From contig CAUQPA010000001.1 of NCBI GenBank assembly GCA_963519325.1, positions 1,341-65,340 on the forward strand: a stretch of 64,000 nt of DNA, read 5' to 3'. Numbering within the stretch: the stretch's first letter is position 1; each line of letters opens with the position of its first letter. The DNA comes from an uncultured Pseudomonas sp. GTDB lineage: Bacteria; Pseudomonadota; Gammaproteobacteria; Pseudomonadales; Pseudomonadaceae. A program made the translations under genes and the position numbers. Of this stretch, positions 1 through 9,802 are shown piece after piece. The notes under the pieces are model-generated. The model was not told where the DNA came from, searched no databases, and saw only the letters and a program-made list of their open reading frames with translations.

Positions 1-1
1 C

Positions 2-3000
2 ACCCTGGCCGCGCTCCAGCGGCCGGCGGCCGACGCGCAGGCCAACCTCCGACTTGCGCTCGACCATGGCAATGATGTCGGTACCCAGCTCAGAGAGCGC
101 TTGCTGATCTGTGATCACAAGCCCAGGGCGCCCATCCAGGTGAGTGAACTCCTTGGTGATCGCCGGCGTGCTGAATGCGCTTGGGGACAGCTCCTTGACC
201 GGCAGCTTGTCGAAGGGGTCGTCGAGGGATCTCGGCGCCAGCCGCACAGGGAAGGTCGCCGCAGCGCCGTCCTGATCGGTCACCGTGACAGAGACAGTGG
301 TTGCGGTGCGGCCGTCGGTGCTGAAATGGAGTTCATCGCCGGTGAACCACACGTAGCCGTGCTCCGGCTGAGTGGCCACGGAGAAGGTGTGAGAGCCCCA
401 GGTGTTGTCGTCGATCGCGGCAAGTCGCTGGCTTCCACCGACGCCCTCATAGAAATAGACGACGGAGGGGGTGAGGCCGGTGGGCGCGGTGTTGAGCTGA
501 GCAACGGCCACAGTGGCCATCGCTTCGACGTACTCGCCGCCCTTATCCACTACCCGGAAGCGGAACAGGTCGTTACCGACGAAATGCGGGTTGGGCGTAT
601 ACACGTAGCCGCCGGCCGTGGCCACCACGGCTCCCGACTTTGGCTGTTCCACCACCTCATAGGTGAAGGAATCCCAGGCATTGCCATCGGTGACCTTTGG
701 CAGGGTCGCGGCAGATGCGGTGTTCTCGACCGTCCTGATGCGCAGGGTTGCCGCGACCGACGCCAGATTGAAGCGATCGACCTGCAGAGCAATGGTGCCC
801 TGCACAGTCAGGCCGCCAGGATCGGTCGCCTCGATGATGGCGGAATCAGTACCCACGAAGCTCGCCGCCGGCGTGTAGACGAGCCGGTTCTCGACGATGG
901 CCAGGCCCCCATTGGCAGCCTGCTGCACGAGCCGGAGCGTATGCCGCCCGGCATCGGCCACGTTGCGGTCGACGATGCGTGGGTAGTAAGGCGCGCTTGC
1001 CGTACCCTCGCGCACCACGATGCTCCCCGACAGGCTTTCAGGCGCCAGGTTGCGTGGCTTGACGACCACGGTCACGGTGCCTTTGCCAGACTCCCCACCG
1101 GCGTCCGTCGCGGTGATGGGAAAGCTCTCGGTCCCGGTCCAACCGGGCTTGGGCATGTAGACGACCTGGCCATTCAGGACTTTCACCGTGCCGCCCGCGG
1201 AAGTGGCCGGTACGGCGAAGGTGAAGGTATCGCCTGGATTGGGATCGACCACCGTGGGGGTACCGGATACCTCGACGCCCTCTTCTGTTACCAGGCTCAG
1301 GCCAACTCGCGTAGGGCCGACGTTACGACCGCGGACGGTAACCGTTGCGGTCCCCACGACCTCGGCACCGGCAGGATCTCGGGCGATGAATTTGAAGCTG
1401 GTGGTGCCCTTCGAGCCAAAGGGGGCATGGTAGACGAGCTGGTTGTTCACCACCTCAGCGGTACCACGCATCTCCTGAATGGGCACCGCGAAGGTGTGTT
1501 TGCCCGCGTCGTAGAGGTTTTTATCGACCACCTCGGGTGTGACGGGCGCGGAGGCCTGGCCCTCGTTGGCAACCAACGCTGCGTTCGCCGCGCTGGGGGC
1601 GTAGTTGGTCTTGTCGACCTGGATCGCGCCGTCCTTGATAGCCGATTCGGCGCCGGCGGCATCGCGCAGCTTGTACTTGAAGGTGGCGGTACCGACATAG
1701 CCGTCGACCGGCACGAAGCGAACGCGCAGGCCTTCAGTGGTGATTTTCCCGACGCTCGGATCCGGTTGCTGGACGATCACCACGGTGTGGCTGTCCGGAT
1801 TGTCTGGATCGGTCCCGATGACCTGGTCACCGACGACCTCGAAGGCGATGGTCTGTGCAGCGGACACCAGGCCACCTGGATCCGTCGCCGTGACCTTGGC
1901 GCTGGCGGTGCCCAAGTAGCCGGTCGCTGGCTTGAACGTCAGCAGGCTGCCGGCGAGGCTGACAGTTCCTGCTGCCGCAGCGACAGGCTGCTGAATTGCA
2001 AAGGTCAGCGGCGCGTCGTGGTTCGGGTCGGTAGCGGTCAACTCGACAGTGACCGGCGTCTCCATGGCCGTCTTGGCAGATGCGGCATCGACCACAGGCG
2101 CCTGGGCGACGGGTAATACCCGCACCAGGATCACGCCTTCATCCGAGTCCAGGCCAAAGGAGTCCTTGGCCACGTAGCGAAGCTCGCGGGTACCGACGAA
2201 GGTGGCGTTGAGCGAGACCTTCGCCGTCGTTCCCGTGAAGCTGACGCTGCCGAAGGCGGGATCTGCCGCAGATACTGCGCGCAGCGTCGCCGTGTCGTTG
2301 GCGTCTACGTCGGAAACCTGGAGGGTGAAGCTGCTGGTAGCGCCCTGGTTGAGGGTGACCGTCTTGCTTTCGACCACTGGCTTGTCTGCTACCGGCGTGA
2401 CGGTGATGCTCACCGGTACGGGCGCTGAGGCCGCACTGCCAGCGTCGATGACGGCCACCTGACACGTGGTCTTGCCGTTCCAGTCAGGCGCAGGCGTGAA
2501 GACCACGGAGTCGCCGTCCAGGCCGCAGCCACCGATCGACGCGCCCGGCTGGCCGCTCACGACAAATTGGTAGGGACCGTCGCCATCCGGATCGGTGAAG
2601 ACGATCTTGGCGCCCCCCGGTATGTCCTCGTCCGTCACGATGCTGATGGGCTGGGCAACGGGGGCATCGTTGACGCCCTGGACAGTGATTGGGATCTCGA
2701 CCATGGCGCTCTTGGCGCCTGCGGCGTCCACAGCGCTGATGCGCAAGACGTCCTGGCCGTAGAAGTCTGGCTTGGGGGTCAGCTTGATGCGGTGCCCGTC
2801 AGCGAGCACCTCGCCGGCAACGCCCTTGCCTTGTGCTTCGATCACCAGGCGGTAGATGTCCACCGCGTCGGGATCCTGCACCGTTGGCTCAAACGTCATT
2901 TGCGCGTCTTCCGTCATGATGACGGGCTGCGCGATAACCACCGGCGGATCGTTTCGCCCCGTGGTGATGATGCGGATGGTCGCCGTATTGGAGTAGGTGC

Positions 3001-3604
3001 CGTGCTGATCGCGGCCGCGATACTGCAAGGCAACGATGCCGCTCCACCCGGGCACCTGGGTGAAGGTTAGGGTGCTGCCCTCAACCTTGACCTGGCCAAT
3101 GGCGCTATCGGGCGTATCGAGCACTTCGAACTGCTCTGCAGTGACGCCCTCCCCGCCCAACGTGAGCGGCACGATCGCAGGCTGATCTTCGGCCACGGAG
3201 ATTTCGATGTCGCGAGCAGTCGGCTGCGCGATCGCGGCCTGAACGATCACCTCGGTGAGCGTATCGCCAACGGTAAGCACCAACGGGCCGGTGAAGCCGG
3301 CTGGAGCCGTAACGGTACCACTGCAGCTGGCGGCCTCTTTGGTACGGACGCCGCCGCACTTGCCTGCTTCCTGGCCCGTGCCGGCGCCGATCAGGATCGG
3401 GACGCTGTAGCTGCCAGCCGAGGTGCAGCTGTTGCGCGTGGCGCTGTAGGTGAGCTTGATCTGCGCACCGGCAAAAACCGCCCGGGAATCAGGCGTCAGC
3501 ACCGCATTGGACTCGGTGCATTCAGCAGCTTGGACCTGGTTGGTGTAGTGCGCGAGGCCTGCGAACAGCAGCGCGACGAGTCCCTTCGAAATCTTCCAGT
3601 TCAC
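2..3604 (-). CDS. Giant secreted Ig-like (tandem-95/cadherin-like) repeat protein, 3' end beyond window start
   Basis: Absent from the ORF track because there is no stop in the window. Translated by hand from GTG 3604: MNWKISKGLVALLFAGLAHYTNQVQAAEC (signal peptide), then about 11 repeats of the N-x-x-P...E(D/G)...D-x-D...F/Y-x-P...G type. Lies directly downstream of traA, as Ig-like proteins do in IncC/IncHI transfer regions. Confidence 0.85.
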   Translation of the reverse strand, partial: MNWKISKGLVALLFAGLAHYTNQVQAAECTESNAVLTPDSRAVFAGAQIKLTYSATRNSCTSAGSYSVPILIGAGTGQEAGKCGGVRTKEAASCSGTVTAPAGFTGPLVLTVGDTLTEVIVQAAIAQPTARDIEISVAEDQPAIVPLTLGGEGVTAEQFEVLDTPDSAIGQVKVEGSTLTFTQVPGWSGIVALQYRGRDQHGTYSNTATIRIITTGRNDPPVVIAQPVIMTEDAQMTFEPTVQDPDAVDIYRLVIEAQGKGVAGEVLADGHRIKLTPKPDFYGQDVLRISAVDAAGAKSAMVEIPITVQGVNDAPVAQPISIVTDEDIPGGAKIVFTDPDGDGPYQFVVSGQPGASIGGCGLDGDSVVFTPAPDWNGKTTCQVAVIDAGSAASAPVPVSITVTPVADKPVVESKTVTLNQGATSSFTLQVSDVDANDTATLRAVSAADPAFGSVSFTGTTAKVSLNATFVGTRELRYVAKDSFGLDSDEGVILVRVLPVAQAPVVDAASAKTAMETPVTVELTATDPNHDAPLTFAIQQPVAAAAGTVSLAGSLLTFKPATGYLGTASAKVTATDPGGLVSAAQTIAFEVVGDQVIGTDPDNPDSHTVVIVQQPDPSVGKITTEGLRVRFVPVDGYVGTATFKYKLRDAAGAESAIKDGAIQVDKTNYAPSAANAALVANEGQASAPVTPEVVDKNLYDAGKHTFAVPIQEMRGTAEVVNNQLVYHAPFGSKGTTSFKFIARDPAGAEVVGTATVTVRGRNVGPTRVGLSLVTEEGVEVSGTPTVVDPNPGDTFTFAVPATSAGGTVKVLNGQVVYMPKPGWTGTESFPITATDAGGESGKGTVTVVVKPRNLAPESLSGSIVVREGTASAPYYPRIVDRNVADAGRHTLRLVQQAANGGLAIVENRLVYTPAASFVGTDSAIIEATDPGGLTVQGTIALQVDRFNLASVAATLRIRTVENTASAATLPKVTDGNAWDSFTYEVVEQPKSGAVVATAGGYVYTPNPHFVGNDLFRFRVVDKGGEYVEAMATVAVAQLNTAPTGLTPSVVYFYEGVGGSQRLAAIDDNTWGSHTFSVATQPEHGYVWFTGDELHFSTDGRTATTVSVTVTDQDGAAATFPVRLAPRSLDDPFDKLPVKELSPSAFSTPAITKEFTHLDGRPGLVITDQQALSELGTDIIAMVERKSEVGLRVGRRPLERGQG

Positions 3605-3684
3605 AGGCCGGTTCCCGAGCAAGTTTCAGATACCTGAAAGCCGGCATGCGCCGGCTATCAGAGGGGTGAGCCCTGGGCGGCTCC

Positions 3685-4077
3685 CTAGTTGATCTGCAGC
3701 AGCGGCGCTGCGCTGGTCACCATGTCATTGGCGGCCGGCAGGGTTGCCGACATGATCGATTCGATGATCTTCGGGGTGTTGTACAGGCCGACCCCGCCGC
3801 CGATACCGGTGGCGAACGCCATGATCGACTGACGCACGACGCCGCCAACGATGCCCACCAGCACCATGGCGCCGGCGACCACGCGGCCGAGGGTGCCCTG
3901 CATCCAGTCACTGATGGTGGTCCAGACGGCGTCGAAGTCGGTACCGCCGGTGCCTGCCATGGCGCTGGATGCGCCCACGACGAGCAGCAGGGCGACGCCG
4001 AACTTCACCAGATCGCGTTGACGACGCGCGCGGTGGGCCGGGTTGCTCAAGGGTTTAGCCGGATTGCTCAGGCGCAT
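3685..4077 (-). CDS. traA: Conjugative pilin
   Basis: Leader followed by AGTGGTDFDAVW..WMQGTLGR and two hydrophobic helices; AAGGAG RBS before ATG 4077; follows traV. Confidence 0.85.
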   Translation of the reverse strand: MRLSNPAKPLSNPAHRARRQRDLVKFGVALLLVVGASSAMAGTGGTDFDAVWTTISDWMQGTLGRVVAGAMVLVGIVGGVVRQSIMAFATGIGGGVGLYNTPKIIESIMSATLPAANDMVTSAAPLLQIN

Positions 4078-4105
4078 GTTGTGTCTCCTTACGAGGGCTG
4101 GGGGG

Positions 4106-4618
4106 TTACGAGGCGGGGATCGCCTTTTTGTGGGATTCAAGCGGACGCAGCGACGGCGTCGGCCGCAGGGATGGCGTACCGACTTCCCAACGGCGCGGTT
4201 CGATCTCGGTGTAAATGAAGCCAGGTACGTTCAGGTCGCCGGCTTGCGACTCCCAGGGCGCGACCCAGACCCGCATGACGGTGGCCTGACTGCGGATCGG
4301 CACCGGATCACGCGCCGGGCGAGGCACGACGTAGCGCTCGCCGGCCGCTACTTCCGGCTGCACCGCCGGCGCCGGGGCGTGGCCGCCGTGCTTTTCGGCC
4401 TCGGCCTTCTGGGCATTCTTCTCGTCGACGATCTGCCGGAAGTTCTCGTTCTCGGTCAGTTGGTACACGTCACGCGCCGACATACAGGTCACGCCGTCGG
4501 GCATGCCCTTACAGCCGTAGTCGGACGAGCCGATCTGCAACATGGAGCAGCCGCTGATCATCGAGGTGAGCGCCGCCGCAGCGGCAAGGCCCAGGGCCTT
4601 ACGCAGGTTCGTTTTCAT
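4106..4618 (-). CDS. traV: F-type T4SS lipoprotein
   Basis: Lipobox ISGC, motifs GC-x-G-x-P-x-G-x-x-C and VMRVWVAPW; gene order. Confidence 0.9.
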   Translation of the reverse strand: MKTNLRKALGLAAAAALTSMISGCSMLQIGSSDYGCKGMPDGVTCMSARDVYQLTENENFRQIVDEKNAQKAEAEKHGGHAPAPAVQPEVAAGERYVVPRPARDPVPIRSQATVMRVWVAPWESQAGDLNVPGFIYTEIEPRRWEVGTPSLRPTPSLRPLESHKKAIPAS

Positions 4619-4712
4619 GAGGTTGAGTATCCGTAGCGAGGGATGTTGGAAGGGGGTAATTCACCCCCTTCCAGGGCGTTCAATAGAAGGGAGCTGGGCG
4701 CTCCCGCTGGCT

Positions 4713-6074
4713 TCAGGTTTTGTTCTTGCTCAGCGTTTTCAGCTTGAGCTGCACACCCTTCTTGACGACGAAGTCGATCTCCCGGGCAGCGTCCACTTCG
4801 ATGACCGGGTAGAGGTTCTCGGCCATCTCCAGGTAGAAGTCCGCGATGCGCTCGAGGGCTTTGCCGGTACCGCCGATCATGGCGCCCTGCATGGCCTGGG
4901 AGTTGAAGGCCTGCTCATAGACGGGCGATACCGTCCGGCCATTCGTACCGCTGCCACTGCTGGCGATGCTGATGCTCGGCACCTGGCGCACGCTGAATGC
5001 GTCCGAGACGCCCTGCATGAAGCCGGCCATCAGCGAGCGAGCCAAGATGGCGCCCTGCTTGGAGACCAGGCGCCCACGCACCCCGGCCTTGCCGTCCTCG
5101 CCAGAGGCATAGGCGTCCATGCCGCTTTCGATGATCCCGCCGTCGTCACGTACGCAGGAGATCGTCTCGGCCCGCATGTAGGCGCGTTCCGAAGAGAGGT
5201 CGCCGAACGCACTGGCAATAAGGAAGCACTCGCGAACGTCTGCGCGGAAGCGGTTCGGCAGTACGGCCTCCTTCTTCACCCGCAGCAGGACAGGGAAAGG
5301 ATCTTTCCGTGCTCCGTTACCGGTGGGCGCGTCGATACCAGTGATGATCGCGCCGGAAAGGATGGCGCCGGCCGGCAGGTAGACGTCCTCTTCCTTGGCG
5401 TCGGCATCGGGATCTTCAGCAGGTGCCTCATCCCCGTAGGACATGATCTTCGGCGGCTCTTCCTTCTTGGGCGCTGCGCCCGGCTTCTCAGGCTCCTTTT
5501 CCGGCGCCGGAGCGTTGGCGAAGAAATTGCCCTGGTTGCGGTTCGGGTCCATCAGCGTACGGTCATACCGCTGGCGCTCCTGCGCCTGCGTCTGCTGCTG
5601 CGCAGCCTTGCGCTCCAGCTCCGCAGCCTTGTCGGGAGTCGGTGCCTTGGACTGCGCTTCCTGCAGCTGCTTGCTGAGGTCGCGGTTGTCCTGCTCGGCC
5701 TTCTGCTGAGCAGCCTGCGTTGCCGCAAGCTGCGCCGTCAGGTCGCCAATTTGCCCCTGAATCTCTTTAAGGCCCGCAGCTGTCGCTTGCTGGGCCTGGG
5801 TTCCATTCATGAGGTTCTTCAACGTGAGCTTGAGGTCGTTGAGCTCCTTGCTCTGCGCACGCTGCTCGGCGTTGAGCGAATCCAACCCGACCCCACGGGG
5901 ATCCGCGTCGGTCAGGACGTTGGTGATTGTCGGCTTGGCGTTGGTCTTGCGCTGTACCTCGCCACCCAGGCTGCTCAGGCCCCAGACGAACAACAGCACG
6001 CCTCCAATCGCCACACCGATGACGGTCCACTTCTTTTTCTGCGGGCTCAGGTTGGCCCATGTTTGCTTGATCAT
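4713..6074 (-). CDS. traB: VirB10-like T4SS protein
   Basis: N-terminal TM, coiled coil, YLPAG..G.DAP, GDLSSERAY, DGKAGVRG. Confidence 0.92.
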   Translation of the reverse strand: MIKQTWANLSPQKKKWTVIGVAIGGVLLFVWGLSSLGGEVQRKTNAKPTITNVLTDADPRGVGLDSLNAEQRAQSKELNDLKLTLKNLMNGTQAQQATAAGLKEIQGQIGDLTAQLAATQAAQQKAEQDNRDLSKQLQEAQSKAPTPDKAAELERKAAQQQTQAQERQRYDRTLMDPNRNQGNFFANAPAPEKEPEKPGAAPKKEEPPKIMSYGDEAPAEDPDADAKEEDVYLPAGAILSGAIITGIDAPTGNGARKDPFPVLLRVKKEAVLPNRFRADVRECFLIASAFGDLSSERAYMRAETISCVRDDGGIIESGMDAYASGEDGKAGVRGRLVSKQGAILARSLMAGFMQGVSDAFSVRQVPSISIASSGSGTNGRTVSPVYEQAFNSQAMQGAMIGGTGKALERIADFYLEMAENLYPVIEVDAAREIDFVVKKGVQLKLKTLSKNKT

Positions 6075-6084
6075 GGTGCCTTCC

Positions 6085-7281
6085 TCAGTTCAGCAGGCTC
6101 GGGCGGGACGAATCTTCCGCCGGCGCCTCGCCCACGCGGGTGACGATGTAAACCTCGGTCTTCTCACCGGCTTCGAGCATGTTGCGCGGCCAGGCAGCGG
6201 CAGCCGCCAGCGAGGGATGCGTGCAGCTGGTCTCATCAAACATGATCGGCGCGCGGCCGTTGTTCTGGGCGACGCCCACCAGCACTCGGAAGTTGTGGCC
6301 CATGATCACCTGGGCGCGGCTGAAGTCGAAGTTCAGGCCCTGCTGATAGCAGGCGGGAAGCTTCTCGCCGCTCTGCAGTTTGGCCATCGAATAGCCCTTA
6401 GGGATACCGCCCAGGGCTAGGGCGCGCATGATGCCTTTGATGGTCTCCATGTAGGGCTGGCCCTCCTCCCACTTCTTGGCCTGCCCGCTGTAGCGCGATC
6501 CGTAACCGAAGCCACCGGCGCTGGACGCACTGGTGCTCCCAGGCACCTGGCCGATGATCAGATTGGCCTCGATGGGCGGCACCCTGCGAGGCGCGAGCGT
6601 CAAGCTGATGGCCACCGATTCGTCGTCCTTGGGGGTGATGTACATCGTCACCGGGCTCTCGCTACCGGTCGACACGTAGATCACGTTGCCCTTTTGCTTA
6701 ATGGTTGCCTGAGAAGTGGTCTGGACAATCGGATTTTCGAACGGCGTGACGATGCGGTTCAGGTGATACAGCGCCGCAGGGATGATCGTGTTGACGCCTG
6801 GCTGCACCACCACATCCTGGCGCGAGCTCACCGGCGGCGCGGCGGCCTCGGGCGCGCCAGAGGTTTTGGCGACCGAGGCCGGGACCGCGGGAAGATCACG
6901 GCCGCCACCGGCGACATGAACCAGGTCGGTAGACGCCTTCGCGGGCGCTGCCTTGACCTGGTCCTGCTTCTGCTCGGTACTGGAGGCCACCGTTGGAGTG
7001 GATGCGGGTGCAGCGGGCGCAACAGCAGGCTGCGCGGCCGCGGCGCTCGGTAGCGTCTTCTGCTGCTGCTCAGCCAGAGCCTGGCGCGCCACCTGCTCGT
7101 CAGCTTCCTGCAGGCCGTAGTCGGCAGGGTCGACATCACGGCCGGGCACCGCGGGGATTTCCTGAGTGCGCGACTCGGCCACAGGGGTTTGCGGGATGTT
7201 GAGCTCACGAGCGTTGGCGATCGATGCTGAAGAAAACAGCGCGACGCCGATCAGCGTGAGGGTTTGGATATTAGTTTTCAT
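6085..7281 (-). CDS. traK: F-type T4SS secretin-like protein
   Basis: Signal peptide from ATG 7281, HLNRIVTPF motif; between traE and traB. Confidence 0.88.
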   Translation of the reverse strand: MKTNIQTLTLIGVALFSSASIANARELNIPQTPVAESRTQEIPAVPGRDVDPADYGLQEADEQVARQALAEQQQKTLPSAAAAQPAVAPAAPASTPTVASSTEQKQDQVKAAPAKASTDLVHVAGGGRDLPAVPASVAKTSGAPEAAAPPVSSRQDVVVQPGVNTIIPAALYHLNRIVTPFENPIVQTTSQATIKQKGNVIYVSTGSESPVTMYITPKDDESVAISLTLAPRRVPPIEANLIIGQVPGSTSASSAGGFGYGSRYSGQAKKWEEGQPYMETIKGIMRALALGGIPKGYSMAKLQSGEKLPACYQQGLNFDFSRAQVIMGHNFRVLVGVAQNNGRAPIMFDETSCTHPSLAAAAAWPRNMLEAGEKTEVYIVTRVGEAPAEDSSRPSLLN

Positions 7282-7909
7282 TGCGCTGCTGCTCCAAACG
7301 CTTGCGAGTGTCTGCGGCCTTAGCCTCGCGGTTTCTAACTTCTTCGGTACGCGGCGCACCTTCATACACAGAGAGGTAGGCAATGACCGGCTTATAATTT
7401 TTGATCTTCAACTCAATCTCATAAGTCATATCGAGTTGCTTAGGCTGGCCGCTCGGGCCGGTCATCTTGGACTTGCCCACGATGAAGTACTTGGTCGCAT
7501 CCTGCTTATCTTGCAGGACTTGGCGCGGCTCAAACTCCAGCGTCACCCGATCTTGGCGAATCTGGCGAACCTGGCTATCAATCTTGTTAAGCACGTCCTG
7601 ATAAATATCGTTGGCAAGTAATGGCTCGAGCGTCGCCTTAATGATCTCGGCAGACTTTGGATTAACGTTGCCAAGTCGATCGGCAATGTAGAGTGCCCAA
7701 GCGCTGACGTAGCTATCCGATGCGCGGTCTTGATCGACCCAGGCACGCTCAGCAAGCGTCGGCGGCTGCATGTCAACGACGGTACTTTTGCGCAGCCAAC
7801 CGATGACGGTCAGTACCTCCACCAGGATCAGAGCGACGATAATCTTGCGAAGAAAGGCGTTCTCCGACATGGTCCCGCGATAGGTGTTTTTGAATTTGCC
7901 GTACAGCAT
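7271..7909 (-). CDS. traE: F-type T4SS protein
   Basis: N-terminal TM, PPTL and LGNV-x-P motifs; gene order. Confidence 0.88.
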   Translation of the reverse strand: MLYGKFKNTYRGTMSENAFLRKIIVALILVEVLTVIGWLRKSTVVDMQPPTLAERAWVDQDRASDSYVSAWALYIADRLGNVNPKSAEIIKATLEPLLANDIYQDVLNKIDSQVRQIRQDRVTLEFEPRQVLQDKQDATKYFIVGKSKMTGPSGQPKQLDMTYEIELKIKNYKPVIAYLSVYEGAPRTEEVRNREAKAADTRKRLEQQRNEN

Positions 7910-7916
7910 GGCGACC

Positions 7917-8198
7917 TCAGTTGAATTCGCGGATGAATGGATTAGGGATAGTGCGCGCCTTTGCACCGGAATATCCCGTGAACCAATAGATCATGTGCAC
8001 CATAAAGCCATCGGGGTGATCATCGCGGTACTTTCGGTACCAACGAGTCAGCAAGAAGCCCGCTATCGTGCAGACCGCGGCATATCCAGTGAACATACCG
8101 AATACGAGACCGATCCCAATGGGAGCAACTTCATCTGCCTGCCAAAACAACAGGTGCGGCGGATCATCAACGTATTGGGGGATATCGATTGGCTGCAT
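7917..8198 (-). CDS. traL: F-type T4SS pilus assembly protein
   Basis: IPQYVDDPP..LFW..DE, GF..H..YW..G, 93 aa. Confidence 0.9.
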   Translation of the reverse strand: MQPIDIPQYVDDPPHLLFWQADEVAPIGIGLVFGMFTGYAAVCTIAGFLLTRWYRKYRDDHPDGFMVHMIYWFTGYSGAKARTIPNPFIREFN

Positions 8199-9007
8199 TA
8201 TTGTGCGGCTCCATTGCCTTGAACGAGTTTCGCCATGGCGCGAAGAATGTCTTCGGGCCCCTTGGCGCCAGAAAGAACTACTTGTCTATTGCTCGGGTTA
8301 TGGCGAACGATGGTGGTCGGTGTTTCCTTGATGCCCAGCTCTACCGCCTCACGGAAGTCCGCCTTCACCTTCTGCAGCGGCTCCTGGTTGTCGATGCAGC
8401 GCGAAAGGGCCGCGCCGTCCAGGCCGATGCTGGAGGCGATTACTGCGAGCGGCTTTTCGGTCCCGGTACCGTTACCTGCGGTCGAACTGAAGATGGCGCC
8501 GGCCATGCGGTAGAACGCATCGTTGCCACCCTGGGCCGCCGCGCACTCTGCGGCGAACGCCTCCCTGCGCGACGCCTCGCCATGGATCGGGACATGCTTG
8601 AACACCACGGCCGCGTTGCCCCGCGAACTGTCGACAACAGCCTTGGGTACTGCGAAATATTGCTTGCAGTAAGGGCACTCGAAGTCCGAGTACTCAATCA
8701 GGCTGAATTGAGCGGTGGCGTCGCCATAGCGACGGTCGCCGGTGATCGGAACGCTTTGGCTCTTGCTCGGTACCGCCGGTGCCGTGGGCACAGGCGTGGG
8801 CGCCGGGGCAGACTCTTCTCGGCGGCGAGAAAGGAGCGAATCGAGTTCGGTACGCGAGAATGCATACGGCTGGATCTTCGCGACCTGGTCGTTGAGCTGG
8901 TTGACCAGGTGTTGCTGATCACGAATCGCCCGGCCGCAGAAGACGGCGGCAGCGATAGCTAACGTGATCGCTACGCAGGAAAGGATGATGGGAAGTCTTG
9001 AGCTCAT
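8198..9007 (-). CDS. DsbA-family thiol:disulfide oxidoreductase
   Basis: EYSDFECPYC active site, cis-Pro ETP, N-terminal TM. Confidence 0.88.
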   Translation of the reverse strand: MSSRLPIILSCVAITLAIAAAVFCGRAIRDQQHLVNQLNDQVAKIQPYAFSRTELDSLLSRRREESAPAPTPVPTAPAVPSKSQSVPITGDRRYGDATAQFSLIEYSDFECPYCKQYFAVPKAVVDSSRGNAAVVFKHVPIHGEASRREAFAAECAAAQGGNDAFYRMAGAIFSSTAGNGTGTEKPLAVIASSIGLDGAALSRCIDNQEPLQKVKADFREAVELGIKETPTTIVRHNPSNRQVVLSGAKGPEDILRAMAKLVQGNGAAQ

Positions 9008-9127
9008 AGGGCACCTCAGCTGGTATAGCCATGGTGCTCAGGCACGAGGTTTGTGTGTGGGCAATCCACGCCGTCTACGGGATCGAACCCCTGGTGGTTG
9101 AGCGATAGAGCGGCAGTACGAAAATAG

Positions 9128-9153
9128 AAACGCCCGGCGGGTGCCGGGCGTTT
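9128..9153. terminator. Probable intrinsic terminator after the traI-traD-traJ operon
   Basis: AAACGCCCGGC-GGGT-GCCGGGCGTTT hairpin just past the stop at 9161. Confidence 0.6.
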
Positions 9154-9160
9154 GTCGGCG

Positions 9161-9802
9161 TCAAAGCCGTTTGGGCAGGTTGCCTATCAACAAGCTTGCA
9201 GCGATCGGAATGAGCAGGATGACCACGAGCGGAACGATCATTGGCGGAATCGGCAGCGGTGCGATAAACGACAGGCCTAGCGCCATGACCACCCACGAGA
9301 TGATCCTCGAGCTGTAGGTGTTCAAAAACGGCGAGGAATGGGCGAAGGTGTAGCGCTTGATGTTCCAGGCCATGTACCCGCCGAGGATCGCCGGCAGCAG
9401 AATCACAAGCATGTAGGGCAGCCACATCATCAGCAGCAGGCTTCGATAGTAGATGTGGTAGCAGACCTTGAGGACAGCGTCGCCGCGGCCGGCGATGAAC
9501 GTTCCCCACTGACTCTCGAGCTTTTCCCAGCCTGGCGTTTGTTTGCCCCCCAGGAAGAAATCACGCACCGTCGCATTCAGTCCGGACTCCAGATGGATCG
9601 TGCTGTACAGCCGTCCGGTATCTTCGATCAGCTGGTCGCTGGCGGCTTTGCCCATCAACGCCTCACCCCAGTCCTGCTCTTTCAGGATCGCAGCGTCGAT
9701 GAATGCATTGGGAACGACGCACACGATGAGCAGGATCTCGATGCATACGAACGCGAGGGAGAGCCAGAACCCGGCCGGCATCCGCTCTTCGATGTCAGCC
9801 AT
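9161..9802 (-). CDS. DUF4400 / SXT-IncC TraJ-like membrane protein
   Basis: Multi-TM protein ending N.PKRL; downstream of traD as in SXT/IncC. Confidence 0.75.
   Translation of the reverse strand: MADIEERMPAGFWLSLAFVCIEILLIVCVVPNAFIDAAILKEQDWGEALMGKAASDQLIEDTGRLYSTIHLESGLNATVRDFFLGGKQTPGWEKLESQWGTFIAGRGDAVLKVCYHIYYRSLLLMMWLPYMLVILLPAILGGYMAWNIKRYTFAHSSPFLNTYSSRIISWVVMALGLSFIAPLPIPPMIVPLVVILLIPIAASLLIGNLPKRL

Noticed and set aside
101..3070. Long + strand ORFs (101-2116, 2567-3070), and similar ones at 4542-6143, 34645-36486 and 59592-61283
   Set aside because: These are antisense shadows of real genes, expected in GC-rich DNA; they contain no recognisable motifs.
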